Assembly: GCA_904063045.1 (NCBI GenBank)
Contig: CAJFCJ010000015.1
Coordinates: 1,123,034 to 1,187,033 of the forward strand
Length of the DNA stretch: 64,000 bases
Source: Dimorphilus gyrociliatus
Taxonomy: Eukaryota; Animalia; Annelida
Direction of reading: 5' to 3'
The notes beneath the pieces were generated by a model. The model worked only from the letters and a program-made list of their open reading frames with translations. It was not told the DNA's origin and did not search any database. Shown here in pieces: positions 1-15,700 of this stretch. Numbering within the stretch: the first letter of the stretch is position 1; each line of letters starts with the position of its first letter. The position numbers and the translations under genes were made by a program.

Positions 1-476
1 CAAAGCATTACATGTATTGTTAAATTTAGTCTATTAAAATATAAAACTATATATTAGTATATATAAATTTATACTAAGTATATATTATATATAATGTATA
101 TATAAACATGTATATTCAACATATTTATTTTATTTTATATGAGATATTTATATAGAAAGCGTGCTGATTAATGGAATATACGTTTCTAGTGTTCATAACC
201 TATTTTATAAATTTATATATGCTCTATATCTCCTAAAAGAATGACAAGTGAGACAAATCTATTAGTGCATTTTCATTCTATAGATATTGGCTTATCCTTT
301 ATCTGAAGTATTTCATTAAAAAAGCATTTTCAATAAGTCTCTTTCCCGTGAAGATGGGATTATTAAGTTAAAAGCTAAAATCATTACTTATTTGTTTTTC
401 AACTATTCGTATTAATATTAAATATTTCAACAAGTTGAAGTACACATATAGAAATAAATGGAGGGTAAACACTTAC

Positions 477-2307
477 TTTCTATATTATTCTCGGAATTAT
501 TCATATTTTCGTTAGTACTCATTAACCTCCTCTCTCCATTTAGGCTTACTGAACGTAATCTTCTAAAATTTTTTGCCAACTGGTAAGATCTGAATGCGTG
601 TTGGATGACTTTTGCGGCATCTCCTGCTGCTTTTCTTCCTCCATATTTCTTCTCTAGCATTTCTACTCTAGCGTTCTCGAGATCTTGCGATAATTCATAA
701 CCTGTAGGCCATACTCTGTTGTTCTCTTCGACTTTATCTTCAGTAATTTTGTACGACCAGTATCTCGTCAGAGTTTTTGGCGTTGGTATGCAAGACGTCG
801 ACCGACACTGATTAGGTAAAGGAACTGATAGAGGGGGTTTTATTCTGCAAATGGAAAATTGAATAATTAATAAGAGAAATTCTGCTTCCCATTATAAATA
901 CATATAAGCTAATAATAATTTAGATAACTTGCAATAGTCAAATCAGCAATTCAAAGAGCACAATAGTATCCACAAAACATTACTTTAACATATATATTTT
1001 TCTTATTTATTTTTCTTTAACTTGATAAAGTCTTTAAAAACAAGCTATTAGTGTATTCAATATTACCAATTTTATTCTTTTAAGTTTGCTAAAAGTATAT
1101 AAAGCCTATTGGACTGAAGCTTTTGTGCAAATAGGACAATCCCAAATAGTTTATTAAAATGGTAATATAGCAAAATAAAAAAAAATAGCGAGAAAAAAAA
1201 ACTACCTCATTTTCTTAAACTACAATATACACTAAGAAGATTAAAAATTTTCACGTAGCTAGTTTTAAGTCAAGCGTGAAATTTGTCTTACCAAAATTAA
1301 CTATTGAAAATCCTTCTGTTATAAATAACATTTTTTTTATATACTAATATACTTTTATGTATATATTAGTATATATATCTTTTCATCTTACAAATCTAAT
1401 AAGAAAAATTCTTCAATATACATTCCAAAACTGGAATGCAGATATAGAATAAACTAATCTCTAATAACTTGTTTACCTTGAACACGCTCTATAAATATAA
1501 TTAAGTAAAAAATAATCAAGGATCATATGTTGAGCTTCATTATTGTGTTATTTTTAACACATACGATATAAAAATATATTGCACTTAGTATATAAAACTA
1601 TTACATAATACTTGTATAAAGCTATTAGAGAAAATAAAATTCTCATCTAATTAAAAGTAGCTTTATCAAATAAACACTTGACTATTCTTAAAGACAAGAG
1701 ATTGCGTTGAGAAGAACCACATGTTTAAACAAATGTTGCTACACATTTGTTTACGGAAAACTGCAAATATTTAGCGCTGGCATCTGTCCAGATATAATAA
1801 AATCACGGATGTCTCTTTGTTTTGATAATAGTCTTAAACTTATTAAATTTTGACGAAAACCTGAGATATTGTTTTAAATAAATTCGTCTATCCCCCGGTC
1901 CTATTTATTAAATAGGTTTATTCATTAGATAAAAGTAAGAATTATTGTTATCAATTATGAAATAAGATAAACTCCTAAAGTCATTAAACTAGGAAATAAG
2001 TAGGTAATAAAAAAGAACAAAATTATCGCAAAAAACTTTGACCAGCTACAGGAAAGAAACGAGTACAAATCCCTTAAGTATACAAAAGTAACCATTAAAG
2101 CTATCGAATTTCTTTCAAAGGCTAAATTTATAGTCTATAAAAATTTGTATATCTTCAAGAATTGTTGACAAATTTGATAAATACTTGTTTTTTATTTTTA
2201 TATATGTAGTAAAAAAAAAAGACAAGGAGAGATAGTGTTAAAAGACAGATCGCGAAAATAGAGAAGGTGTAAGCAATATCAAAACTATCTATAAGAAAGA
2301 TAGAATG

Positions 2308-2344
<37 letters not shown>

Positions 2345-5300
2345 TTTAACAAAATAAATAGAAAGAAAAAAGTTGATTAAGTTTCAAAACTTTTCTTTGA
2401 TATATAAATTCAACATTGTAATGTTAGCGAACAGCTTAGATATAGTTTCTTTAATCAAGAGTTATCCCAATAAAAAAAATTACACGGTAAATATTAATCT
2501 TTAGACTTCTTTCATTTTTTTTTCAATTTTGACTACAAGAGAAGAGAAAAAAAAATATCTTAGCTTATCAAGTTTTTCAAGTATTGAAAAAAGTTAATCA
2601 ATAGCACTTTTGTTGTCAAGTTGCTATCGTTTTTCAAATATTCCCCAACCCATTTCTCATATAAACAGTTGGCAATTTGTGTTCCGGGTAATAAGATATA
2701 TGCTGATACAAAAGAATAAACCGTCGATAAATTAATAATTGCTTTATATGTATTCTGGTCACATTTTTTATAACACTTTATTGGACAAAAAAATTGAAAA
2801 ATTCTGAATCTTTTATCAAGAGACGCTCTAGGCATATACATACGGTATATCATTCACCATGCCACAAAGCCTAGCACATGGCCCTTATTATAAATCATGC
2901 AACATTTTCCAGCTCTTTATTACCTTAATCTAGATCAAGTGCCGAGTGCCTAATATGACAATGGAACAGCTGCGGTATGGTTTAAAGATAAATTATATCA
3001 TTTATAACCTTTGTTATGCTCTAATGTTTTGTTATAAAGTATTTTTATCTTATTTCTTTTTATATTTAAAGAATATTCGATTAAATCGGATGATAAATTA
3101 GAGCAATAGAAAGTAACCTTATTATAGGTACAACTTCGAAATTTTCTATTACATTGTAATGGGTAATAAACTAATTAGTGATCGGGAGGCGTACACTCTT
3201 CTTTTGATGGAAATATGCTTAAACATAAGAGGTGGTAAACCCAAGTACACTGAAAGTACAACAAGAATCAATCTGTACTATATATGTAATCTTATTCTTT
3301 TTTCTCTTTATCGATTAAAGACAATAAGATTAAAATATTACATTTGATATTATATAATTCTAATACCGTTACCAGAGCCTTGTTTACGTAAATACTTCTT
3401 TTTTATATTATTAATTTTCCCTTCAGAAATAATCGTAGTTTAATCTACATTAAAAATAAATTACAAACATATCAAATGTAAAATTGAAAAGGTTAAAGTT
3501 TTTCCTATTCTTCTAATGTTATATAAAACAATTTGAAGGGAAAAAGCTGTTTTATTTCACTCAACAAACTCGTAGCGTTATCACATCATAAATAATTAGT
3601 CGAAATTATTAATAGATTTAGATAAGAAAGGATATTTGTTAATACTGTTTATTTCATCAATTATATACAAGAATAATTTATAGATAATAGAAAAAAAAAC
3701 TTCATGACTCGGTCAAGCGTATCATAATATGTAATTTAATATCAATAGAATAAAGAAAATATGCTATATTAATTACAAAGATAACGGTATATAGACAACT
3801 TTTTATCTATATAGAAAAGGGGAACTAAAATATAAATCTTATATACAAATTAATTCATTTAGTTTAAGATTACTTATTTTAAATAGAAGAAGCAAAAAGG
3901 TTTTTGCTAACATCTACAAATTAGACGGAATAGAAAAAGATTAAAAACGAAACGTAGTGGAAACAAGTAAAAAAAAGATATCCTCTTGTTTTTTTCCTTT
4001 TAGAACAATTGAAAACATCTTATCTAATTAAAATAATGTGTGCACAAACAAACAATTGTTATATGTTTGGTAGACAAATTCGTCTTTTTTGTGTATATTA
4101 TACTTATATTTGTTTTATACTATTTCAAAAGAAGCTGTTGTTTAATAATATTCTATGCGAGTTTATAAAAATCCATCAAAAAAGAAAGTTATATATGTGT
4201 ATATTACTTTAGATATATAGATTTTGTCTCCCTATACTAGATTGTTTATCACGTGACTGAGAAGTGAGCCGGTGCAAATGCGTTGGGGTGGGTACATTGC
4301 ACGCACTGCAACAGACGAAATCTGACCTTTATAGATAACATGAATGAATGTTTGCATAAGTTTTTCGCCCCATAAGAAATGTATAAATTTATACATGGAA
4401 GAATAAAAGAGGATGAATTTTGTTTAATAACGGATTAACGATAATTAAGTTATCATGTCGGAAAACGAATTGGCTAAATAAAATTAAAAAACAAAAAAGG
4501 ATCGTGTTACAACTATTAATCTTTTCCAAGGATTAGACTAAATTAAGTGTAAATAACTATGTGGTGGTTTATTGCTATATATTCATTAGGATATGTGAAG
4601 TATATCTACAACTTATACGGCTATTTTCCGTTATTCCCGTCTCCCCCAATATATCATTAAACACTGCAATGCTAATAGAAAAATCCTTATAATATAATAT
4701 GCATAAAATAATAAAATTCTTTATCAATTATTCTCTACTTGTTAGAAAATTAACTAATAAAACGTGATTTATATAATATATAAATAGAAAATTAGTTGAA
4801 GTAACCCAATTAATACTCTATAGATATTATTGTATAATAAACAAAAGGGTATATTTTGTTGAGATTAAGCTAGAAATTACGATAATAAACCTTAGCTTCG
4901 AAATTGGAATAGTTGTTCCTTTTCCTACTCTAACGGTTTCAATTTCATTTATTCCAGTATTGCCCACTGACTCAAGTTTGAAGTAAATGTCAAGAACATG
5001 TAATAGATACCCTGTTTATCAATTAGAAGGAATCTTCTTTATAAGCTCAAGGTGTTTTTCTTTCACTTAGATTTATAATAAAACACAATCAGTGTTGGAA
5101 AGTTCTAGCTGTGTTAGTTTAATCGTTTAGCACTTAAAGGCAAACAAAATAAATTGCTTCCAATAAAATATGCTCTTTTTAACGGCGAATGTATGCAGCA
5201 ACATTACTCTAAACTGTTTACATATTCGGTAATAAAATAATTCTTTAAGCGAGAAACTGGAAATAACTTTCCAACTTAAACGCTATTGTTTATATATCAT

Positions 5301-5650
5301 AGGCCTATTTGGTTTTCATTTTAGCGGAGAACTTGTTTTACGACCGGATTAAAACTAAGTTTACTAACAATCAGAGTTACTAAATTTTTGCAAAAGAAAT
5401 TGTAAGGTACTTACTTCTCATCCTCATCATTCGTTGAATTTTCATTCACCTGATAAGCGTGTAATTTAAAAGATAATAACGTCGTCTTTCTGTTCAGTTC
5501 ATCTTTTTCTTTTCTCAATTTTTCTACTTCACGCTCGAGTTCAATAATTTTTCTACTTTGTTTCCTTATTATTTGGTCTTTTTCATATAAAGTTTTCGAT
5601 AAGATTAAAGTCCGTTGAATCTTCTCATCATACGCGCTAAAATTGTTCAT
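477..5650 (-). CDS. IQSEC: IQ-motif and Sec7 domain ArfGEF (IQSEC/BRAG family), 5' part only; exons 5650-5415 and 844-477; gene continues off the left edge
   Basis: Exon 2 encodes GYELSQDLENARVEMLEKKYGGRKAAGDAAKVIQHAFRSYQLAKNFRRLRS, matching the IQSEC IQ region (YELSxDLxxKQVEMLERKYGG...IQTAFRQY). Exon 1 encodes a coiled coil like the IQSEC2 N-terminus. The donor GAGAA|GTAAGT at 5414 (phase 2) joins the acceptor TTGCAG|A at 845 in frame. Confidence 0.85.
2311..2340. repeat. (TA)15 microsatellite in IQSEC intron 1
   Basis: Read directly from the sequence. Confidence 0.95.
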
Positions 5651-5754
5651 TTTTCGCTTAAAAAACAAATGATCGATTCCTATACACTGGAAGTAGGTGG
5701 CGCGCTAAAATGCAAGTCGAAAACTATTCTGTGTTCTGGATAGTAGAATTTTTT

Positions 5755-5766
5755 TGCGCATGCGCA
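5755..5766. promoter_or_regulatory. Perfect NRF1-type palindrome TGCGCATGCGCA in the IQSEC/RUVBL1 bidirectional promoter
   Basis: Exact 12-bp palindrome lying midway between divergent ATGs at 5650 and 5850, in a very AT-rich background. Confidence 0.7.
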
Positions 5767-5840
5767 TTACAATAAATGCCATTTTTCTAAACCGGCACTT
5801 TTTCTTAAAACACCATTAATTGGTATTTACAAATAATTGA

Positions 5841-7559
<1,719 letters not shown>

Positions 7560-7805
7560 ACGATTAAATAGTTTCAAGCAAAATGTTGTTTTCCGATTTT
7601 TGATAAATTAAAAAGATATAAACCTGCTCTTTTTCTACATGTATTTCATTTGTCTTCAAAAATATCATAATCGTCTAAAACATATAAACTTGTAAGATCT
7701 GACTTAATTTTTAAAACCATTTTATTGATCAACTAGATTAAACAACTAGAAAAGGTAGTCTATAAACAAAATAATTTAACAAAAGGTATGAAATAATAGT
7801 ATATT

Positions 7806-8957
7806 TCAATTAAGCAATTTAAAACTTTCAAATCCGACTTCTATTGCAATTAACCAAATTATAAACCATTCTAATCGGGAAGAGTGTTTGTCATTTAAAT
7901 AATTTATAAGTAACTCTGCTAAATCCGAACAATGACTTAATTTTTCATTAATAACTCTTGTTCTTTTGGGAACATTTAAATAATTGCCAGTTCTTACATA
8001 AAGTTTTTCCAAGGTTTCTCTATCCCAATAAAAATCGGGTGTATCTAGTAAATCGGATGTTAAATTAATGTAATGTTTCAGTGTATATAATTCTCCAGTC
8101 TTTCGTAATTGCTCTTCTCTTGTTATTCTTAACCGTTTACCCGCTTTCATATCTTTGAGAATAAACTCTATTGAGTCAATGTATTTTTCTAAAGATGCTT
8201 CCCATATAGCCAATTTTACGGATGCTGACAAGGCATTAGAAAAAGTATACTTTTCCAACTGATCTTCTTTTGATTCCTTTTCTAAATATAGGCAATTGCC
8301 ACTTAGTTTTGTTGGCTGATTTGTGAATGAATATTCAAATTGTTCACTTTCTTGATGCATTAGAATGTAATCGTACGAATGGTCTTGATATTGTGCCAGA
8401 AATTTCAAAACAGCATTTCTAAACGATTAGTTAAATTAATAAATACTAAAAAGACAATTTATTGCAAACCTCTCTACTTCAGCCATGTTCCAAAAGACAA
8501 CACTCCCTTCTCTAAACAAGTACATCTCTCTAACTTCATTTCCAACAAGATATTTAGCGGTGACGTGCAAAGCATCTTCAACATCCGAAGGAAGTGGCTT
8601 TACTTCGTACAAACCTTGTTCTTCTAAACCATCTTTAAGGTATTCCAAGCGATATTCTTGAGCAGTTGCAAAAGCGTAGACATCGTAAAACTCCTCCTTT
8701 TTTTCTTGCCCTTCTTTTGAGGCTCTCCTCCTCACTCTTTTGGTCGTTAAAGGTGAAATTTCCTTATGAATATTTCGAACTGTTTTCGATCCCGACAACT
8801 CGGGTGGTAGCATAATTTTAAGCTTAGAATTAGCATTTTGTGAATTTCTAAAACAAGACCCTGTTCCAAAGTATGCTATGTTATTTATCGTTCTGGGGTG
8901 TTTAAAGAAAGCACGTGACGAAATAGTACAGAACCGACGTAGCATGTGCGCGGCCAT
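7806..8957 (-). CDS. RMND1: RMND1 (DUF155 family, mitochondrial); intron 8419-8469
   Basis: Presequence-like N-terminus; motifs AFATAQEY, LFREGSVVFWN, LLDTPDFYW, RLEWFIIWLIAIEV. Confidence 0.92.
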
Positions 8958-9400
8958 GTTGTTGCGAAATATTCAGACCCACTTTACCAAGTTACGGAAG
9001 TTAGGTTAAAAATAAACTTTTGATTGGGAGTTGTATTACATAACTCCATAGTACATATTTTAATATAAAAAATTGTGATATATATCAAATAAAAACAAAT
9101 TTAATCTTGTTTAATTGGCAATCTTTTATATCACTATAACTTCTTTCAACTTTGAATCGGCTAGCAGACGATAAATTTGGCACGCTCTGGAGCTTCAGAC
9201 TAACTGACTGCTACTTCTCGCTATATCGAATTTTGACGTAAATATACGATTTTTATTAATTTTTTGCAACTTTTACATTATTTAAGGAAAGTAGTTATGG
9301 TATAAAACATTAAGAAAAGTTTCTTTTAAGTTGGATATGATATATGATAAAATAAAAATTGTATATATTGCAACAGCTGCAGTAATTCAACGGAGGAAAA

Positions 9401-10585
9401 ATGTCCGAACCCGGTGTTCGCTTTGCTTGGAAAATTTCAACCTTTTTCCCAACAAAGGACCAATGGATTAGGGCTCTTCGATGTATTCAATCAGAAGAAA
9501 GAGAAAGAATTGCGAAGTTTCACTATCAAGTTGATGCAATATCGTCAATGGTTTAGTATCTTTTCACTCATGATATCTATTGTTGTTTATTACGGTTTCT
9601 TTTATCAATTCTAAATATATACTTAATAGGCTGGTAGACTATTGATGAGGAAAATAATAAGAGATCATTTTGGCGTGTCCAATAGCGAGATAAAGCTAAG
9701 TAGGACGGAAAAGGGCAAACCAGTTCTGGATATGCCAAAAAATAATCGATTTTCCTTCAATGTATCTCACCACGGAGATTACGTCATTGCTGCAGCTCAA
9801 GTTGGATCGCCAATAGGAGTTGATATCATGACAATAGATAGTCCAAGTAACGAAAGAAAGTTGCATTAAAAGGATAATATTGTATCAAAATGTGTTATCT
9901 TACAGGCGCCGAAAGAACAGTCAAAGGGTACATCAATCTTATGAGTAAGCAATTCTCAAAAGACGAATTAGACGCTTTGAATTCTTACGAAGGAGATTCG
10001 CAAAAAATGGAACATTTCTATCGTCTCTGGGTAAAAAAAGCGAATCTATTCTTTCTATAATATATTCTATAATAATTTCACTTTCACTATTACTTTAGTG
10101 CTTGAAAGAGAGTTATGTTAAAGCAGTTGGTGTTGGTATAACCATTCCTTTACACGAAATAGAATTCTCTACTCCAGTTAAACGACTTTCTACGAAAAGG
10201 GTTGTTGGTGACACAAAATTTTTTATAAAGGGATCTTTAAAAGATCAATGGACATTTGAAGAAAGTAAATTAGACATTAATCATGTTGCCTGTGTAGCTA
10301 CTGTTGGGAATGAGAGGGTAAGAATACTTAAGTTAACTAAATTATATCATAAAATCGAATTACATGGATAATATAATTCTTTATCAATTTTTCTAATCAA
10401 TTAAGGTTAGCAATAAATCATTACATCAAGCCAAATTTAGTGAAGTTAATTTTGATGATGTTGTTGAAGAGTTAGAAAATTGTAACGACGAATTGAATGA
10501 TGAAGAAATCTATTGGGAAAAGTTCTCAGGAAATCCACGTCTGAACGTCAACAAAGCCGATAGATTTTGTGGTTGTTTCGAATAA
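9401..10585 (+). CDS. AASDHPPT: Sfp-type 4'-phosphopantetheinyl transferase; exons 9401-9550, 9630-9846, 9906-10030, 10099-10317, 10406-10585
   Basis: Motifs AGRLLMRK, RTEKGKP, FNVSHHGDY, IGVDIM and FYRLWCLKESYVKAVG. The exons splice in frame. Confidence 0.93.
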
Positions 10586-10865
10586 TATATATGCTGTAAA
10601 TATAATATATGTATTTAAAAATAAACAAATTCACATAGTAATTATAGGCTTATACTTACGTATTATAAAAATTTGGTGTTGAAATAATTCTGAGCCTATT
10701 TGCTAAAGTTTAAATAGTTAAATAGAAACGGCACTCCTCAATCCAATACCACGTGTTGACTTTTCAAACAAATAATATTATATTTATTTATATTAATTTG
10801 GAATACCACCAAACTACATTCAACTTCTTCATAATTATATAAACTCTTGTTTTTTTATAAAAAAA

Positions 10866-11808
10866 ATGCCTCTGAAGCTACTAGTTTTTAGTGTAATTAT
10901 TATTACATTTTCACTATTCTATACAATCTCTTGCGATGAGAAAGGTGTAAAGTTTGAATTTTATGGCTTAAAAGAATCTGAGGTGATGTTCTCTCTCTAT
11001 ATATTTTTTTCAATTCTCTATACATTAAATCTATATAAGAAATAATGATTTTCTTTTGATTTTTAGTGGTTGAAACGTAATAAAAAGTTTCTCAAAACTT
11101 TAAATAAATTCCTTATTGATTATTGTAATAAAAAATCAAAGGCTTGTTTCGTACTTGATAAGTATGAAATTGTGGAAAAGAAATCAGGATCTTTATTTAT
11201 AACCTTCTTTTCACGATCAAGGATTGACGAAAAGTCTTTGTTCAAAGTTGTTAAAGATAAACGTGAAGAAATTGAAGATACTATTTATGGTAACCGTATC
11301 TTACAAGTTGGTTCTGAAACCTTGCCTTTACCGCCTAGAAAGGAGCTTAATATCATAATTGGTACTATATTTGTATTTTTAACTCTCATTTTAACTGGAA
11401 TTGGTGTCGGCAGCTTTATTTATGATCAGAGAAAGTATCGTATAATTAGTCAAAAAAGAAGACTTTCTATTAAAGAGTCGGAATTTAGACAAAGGTAATT
11501 TCAATGCCATTTAACTATTGACTTTTACTTTAATTTTAGGGTTTTTTTTTTCAAGTACGTCGAGTCAAGGTGTAGGAATACCAGGAAATTATATGAAATC
11601 CGTGGCTTTGGAACACTCAGCGCTGCCTCCAATCCCTAATAAACGTAGTTTAATTAGCCACCCTACGCATACGGTCTCCTTTAGCGTTTCTGAACCGTCC
11701 ACAAATGGAAGAAAAAGAGAAGAGGATCGTAAAAATCAAATTGCTGTTATAAGGATAAGTGATGAAGGAGTTTATCACGTTCATCCACCAACGACAATAT
11801 CTAATTAG
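10866..11808 (+). CDS. Unidentified single-pass type-I membrane protein of about 265 aa; exons 10866-10982, 11067-11494, 11556-11808
   Basis: Hydrophobic signal peptide (MPLKLLVFSVIIITFSLFYTISC), one TM segment (LNIIIGTIFVFLTLILTGIGVGSFIY) followed by a basic stop-transfer stretch, and GT-AG junctions in frame. Confidence 0.7.
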
Positions 11809-11917
11809 ATATATCTTTCATGGCTTTCTTAATGCTTTTAACAAGTAATGATTGTTTTCTTGTATTAGTTTTTTTTTTATAACATTACAATTGTATTTAC
11901 AAAAAAAATAACATTAA

Positions 11918-12473
11918 TCATTCTGATGCTGTTTGATTGTCTTTTTCCATTTGTTTTAATTCCATATCAATTCGTTCTTTCGCTCTTACAACTTTTGATT
12001 GTAAGTATAATGACCCACCCTTTGATTTATCATTTACTTTAAATAAATGATCGTAATTTTTATTCAATGTTTCTAAATCATGAATATCCTTTATATTTAA
12101 TACTTGCAGCGCTTCTTGTACTGTTATACCGCTAACCGAATTGGCGGCGGCCTGTTGGGACGTCGACTTTGTTGATCTGGCCTGTGCAGCTCTTTGAGAG
12201 TTTTGTATTTCTTGTCTAAGAGCCCTAGTAAACGCCCTGCCCACAACTTGGGCTCCGGCAACGATAACTTGAGCTAGATATTTTGCCTACACATAGAAAA
12301 CATGTCATAAATGAACTTGAAACATGTGCAGCAGGACCAATGTATAAAATAAATCATCAAATCAAATTGAATAATCCTTCTAGTTAGAAGTAATTACTCC
12401 TATTTAAAATATACTTTATCTATATGGCTAATTCATAATTAATCTCTGTATACTTGATCAAAAAACTTACCAT
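11918..12473 (-). CDS. PAM16: Presequence translocase-associated motor subunit PAM16/Magmas; exon 1 supplies only the ATG (12473-12471), exon 2 is 12286-11918
   Basis: [29 protein letters not shown]-terminus and J-like domain ([12 protein letters not shown]...[19 protein letters not shown]). Confidence 0.95.
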
Positions 12474-12740
12474 TTTTACTTTATACTAAATTTCTGCTAA
12501 AACGATCACGTGTTCAACGTTATTACTAAATACCGGGCATATACAACTAACAGGAGTTATATTTCTTAATACATTAAAAGTTTTTGTATTTAAGTGAAAA
12601 AAATACGAAAAACATTAAATAAATAAAAATATTATAAATATTCATTTTCTAAACTATTAGAGAGAAAAAAAACATAAAAAAGTCTAATAAAATACTAAAA
12701 ATATTTGAAGAAATCAAAAATCATATCTTGACGTAATTGT

Positions 12741-15700
12741 TTACGTCTTAGTACCGCTGCTTATTTCATTATCAAACTTTAAAACTAGATTTTCAGGATT
12801 TTCCGTAATATTTATATAATAACATCCATCTCCAAAGCTACGATTTGAGTTCTCAGAATTGTTTAGACCGTCTTTTCCCGTAGTAATAATACTTTCTGAA
12901 TTTGCCAAAGGTCTAGCTTCATCTTCAGATTTAAGGGTGGTATTTCTCGTCTATTTAGGCGGTCAGAGAAAGAGAGAGAAGAGAAAGCAAATAAAGAAAT
13001 TATATGAATAAGCCTAATAGTAAGAAAGAAATACTAACCCCTCCTATTGATGTAAGCCTTTGAGTTAGATAATCTGTAAAGATCTGTTGATATTTCTCCG
13101 GTAGCCAATGTTGTTGTTTTAACCATCTTAAAGATGCTCTTTGAATGATTAAACTTCTTAGGCAAAGAAACACAAAAACACTTAATCCTTGCAGTGTATT
13201 CAAAATAGTAAATATATACGCCGACCATATATATTTCGTTGATATGTAGAGAAAGCCAAATACCCAAATAAATCCAAAGGTAAATAGCATTTTCAACATA
13301 AATTGGATCATTGAACTGTTTTTTTCATAGTGAAAAGAAAATAAGTGTAAAAATTACAATACGAAATTTATTTATATTTCACTCAACTAGAATTTTTTTC
13401 TTTCCAACTTTTCCGATCCGCTCGAATGTTTATCTCCTTCTACAAGTCTTTGATATTTTATGCAAATTAGTATGGATGATATCATGTTAAGCTGGGTAAA
13501 TGAATGTTCATAAGTTATAATATATATTTCTTTACGTTTTATAATTAACAATACCAATATTACAGCTGAAACTGGAATTATAAAGTAGTAGATAAATTGA
13601 TTGTTTCCAAGCCAACAACTGGAAAAAGTTAACATCATTTAATTTAATGATTAAAATTCATAAAAAAGGTGATGATTTACTAATTTTCAGTTCTTAATTG
13701 AGCAAAATTTCCTCTAACAGCGTCCAAACATATTGCAAATGGAACACCTGAATAAGAGGTTTAAAAAATAAACAATGTATTATAAATAACAGGATACTTA
13801 CCATATCCTGTCAATAAGAATTTCCACTTTATTCCCGACTTGGGATCATATACTAAAACAACCATAATTATTGATAATACACCATATAATCCCATCCACA
13901 CAAAACCACTCAGAAGAAAGAATAGTAAAAATAAACCAATTACTTGACATAAAATCTGATAAAATTCATAAAAATAAATGATTAATTAAAAAACTTTCAA
14001 CGGAAGTAAATGATAAAAACAAACTTTATCTGAAGTCTCAGTTATTCCAGTAAGAAAAATAAACTGTGAAGTCAAAAGGCATATACTCAAATTCACATTT
14101 ATCATAAAACATATTTCATTTGTCACTTTATCACGGAAACTTTCCCTTAAAACAACAAAATCAGTTATAAATTATTTCTGTTGCGTGTTTTAATACTTAC
14201 CGAAATTTTAAAAATATAATTAAAGACATAAAAAGGAAAAACATGGATATTGAACATCCTATACGGGTAATAATCATCAGACTGAGCTTATCAGCATCTG
14301 ATATCTTTCAGCATAAAATTTATGGTAATTGAGTGAAAACAAAGGAAATATGAATAAAACATACCAATTTATCAACTCCATGTATATCCATTAAAATCGC
14401 AAAGTTTGTCAAATGATTACATCTACACTTTACGTGCGTCTTGTTACTTTCCTCTTTCATCATAAAACATCCGTGATTCGACCAAACTCCTTCCTTATTC
14501 TTATCCCTTCAAATTTGAAACAAGTCAAATATCAATAACTTTTCCTTTCATTTTCATCTTCAAATCTCTCCTTCTATTAAAAGATTACAACTAATTTCTC
14601 GAAATCGTTCTACTTACGTTGAAGTTGTATTCCAAAATGAACATTCAGTATTTCCCACTAAGCTTTTCTGTGAATAACGAATGACATCTTTACATTTATT
14701 TATCTATTTATCTATCTATCTATCTGTCTGTCTATCTTCATCTTTTCTCCTAATAACCTTTTACTTACATCTTTCCTTTCGACTATCAAAAATACGTCAC
14801 TCTCCAACGCCGATTGTTTTACTGAGTTTGTCGACAAAATGGCGGCAATTACTTTACTGTTAAACACTCTTTTTCCTTTTCTGCTTTCACTTTCTACCGT
14901 CTTCTTTCCACGAATCGTCAATGTTTCATTCATTTCCCCTCGCCATGTTTCTTCTTCGACGATGCGTTTGTTATTGAGAAGAACATCTTCCATATTCGAA
15001 TATTCGATAAAGATCAGAACGCTTTCATCATTCACAAGACCTAAATTGAAGACATTAAATTGATGGTTTCTTATTGCAACACTTATTTTCAATATGCGTA
15101 GATGTTGTATATATAAAAATGAGTGCGAGTGTGTGTGTCTGTCTGCCTGTCTGTCTGTCAACCTATACTTTTGTCTCTCTCCCTCCGTCTATTGATCCCC
15201 AATCCCCAATCCCCACTTTTATCTCACTAACAAATCTTTTTCACTCTTCACACACTACGTATTCACCTCCAATAGCCTTTCGAGGGATAATAAATTCATT
15301 CCTAGAATTAGTCGAATCCTCTTCACCATCTTCGCTCCGGCCGAAGGCTGATTGTCTTCCAATCGACGATGTAAAGATGAATTCCGTGTTTGACTGTCGA
15401 GTTGAATTATTCAATTTCTGAATACTAACAACTGCGTGGGAAAATAGAAACGATAGTCAATTTTGCGCCACTTATTTTAAATGTTTTCTACAAGAAACCC
15501 AGTTGATTAGAAGTGATAACCGACCTACGTTTTCCTCTTCTATTAATAGAGAATCAGTATTGTTTCTCTGCAAAAAGATACTATCTGATATCTTCATAGT
15601 AGTCTCTTCAATGCTAGTGATCATTCTAAGAGCAGTTTGATGTCGAGTTGTTTGCGAAAGTTCCTCCCAAACGAGAAGTTTATCGGGTTTAAGAAGATTA

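Noticed and set aside
2155-4212. ORFs 2155-2352, 2560-2853, 3159-3347 and 4009-4212
   Set aside because: AT-rich or microsatellite-driven frames inside the IQSEC intron with no recognisable protein signal.
4880-5070. Minus-strand protein-like stretch (..ESVGNTGINEIETVRVGKEQLFQF) as a transposon relic
   Set aside because: Interrupted by stops and matches no motif I recognise. It cannot be supported without a search.
12287-12473. ATG-only first coding exon of PAM16 as a novelty
   Set aside because: Real, but as I recall it is also the arrangement in other animals' PAM16 genes, so it is not unusual.
14681-15421. ORFs 14681-14863, 14839-15063 and 15074-15421, and their mirror copies at 21479-22219
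   Set aside because: Antisense or intron-spanning shadows of the GAIN exons. They are duplicated only because of the inverted repeat.
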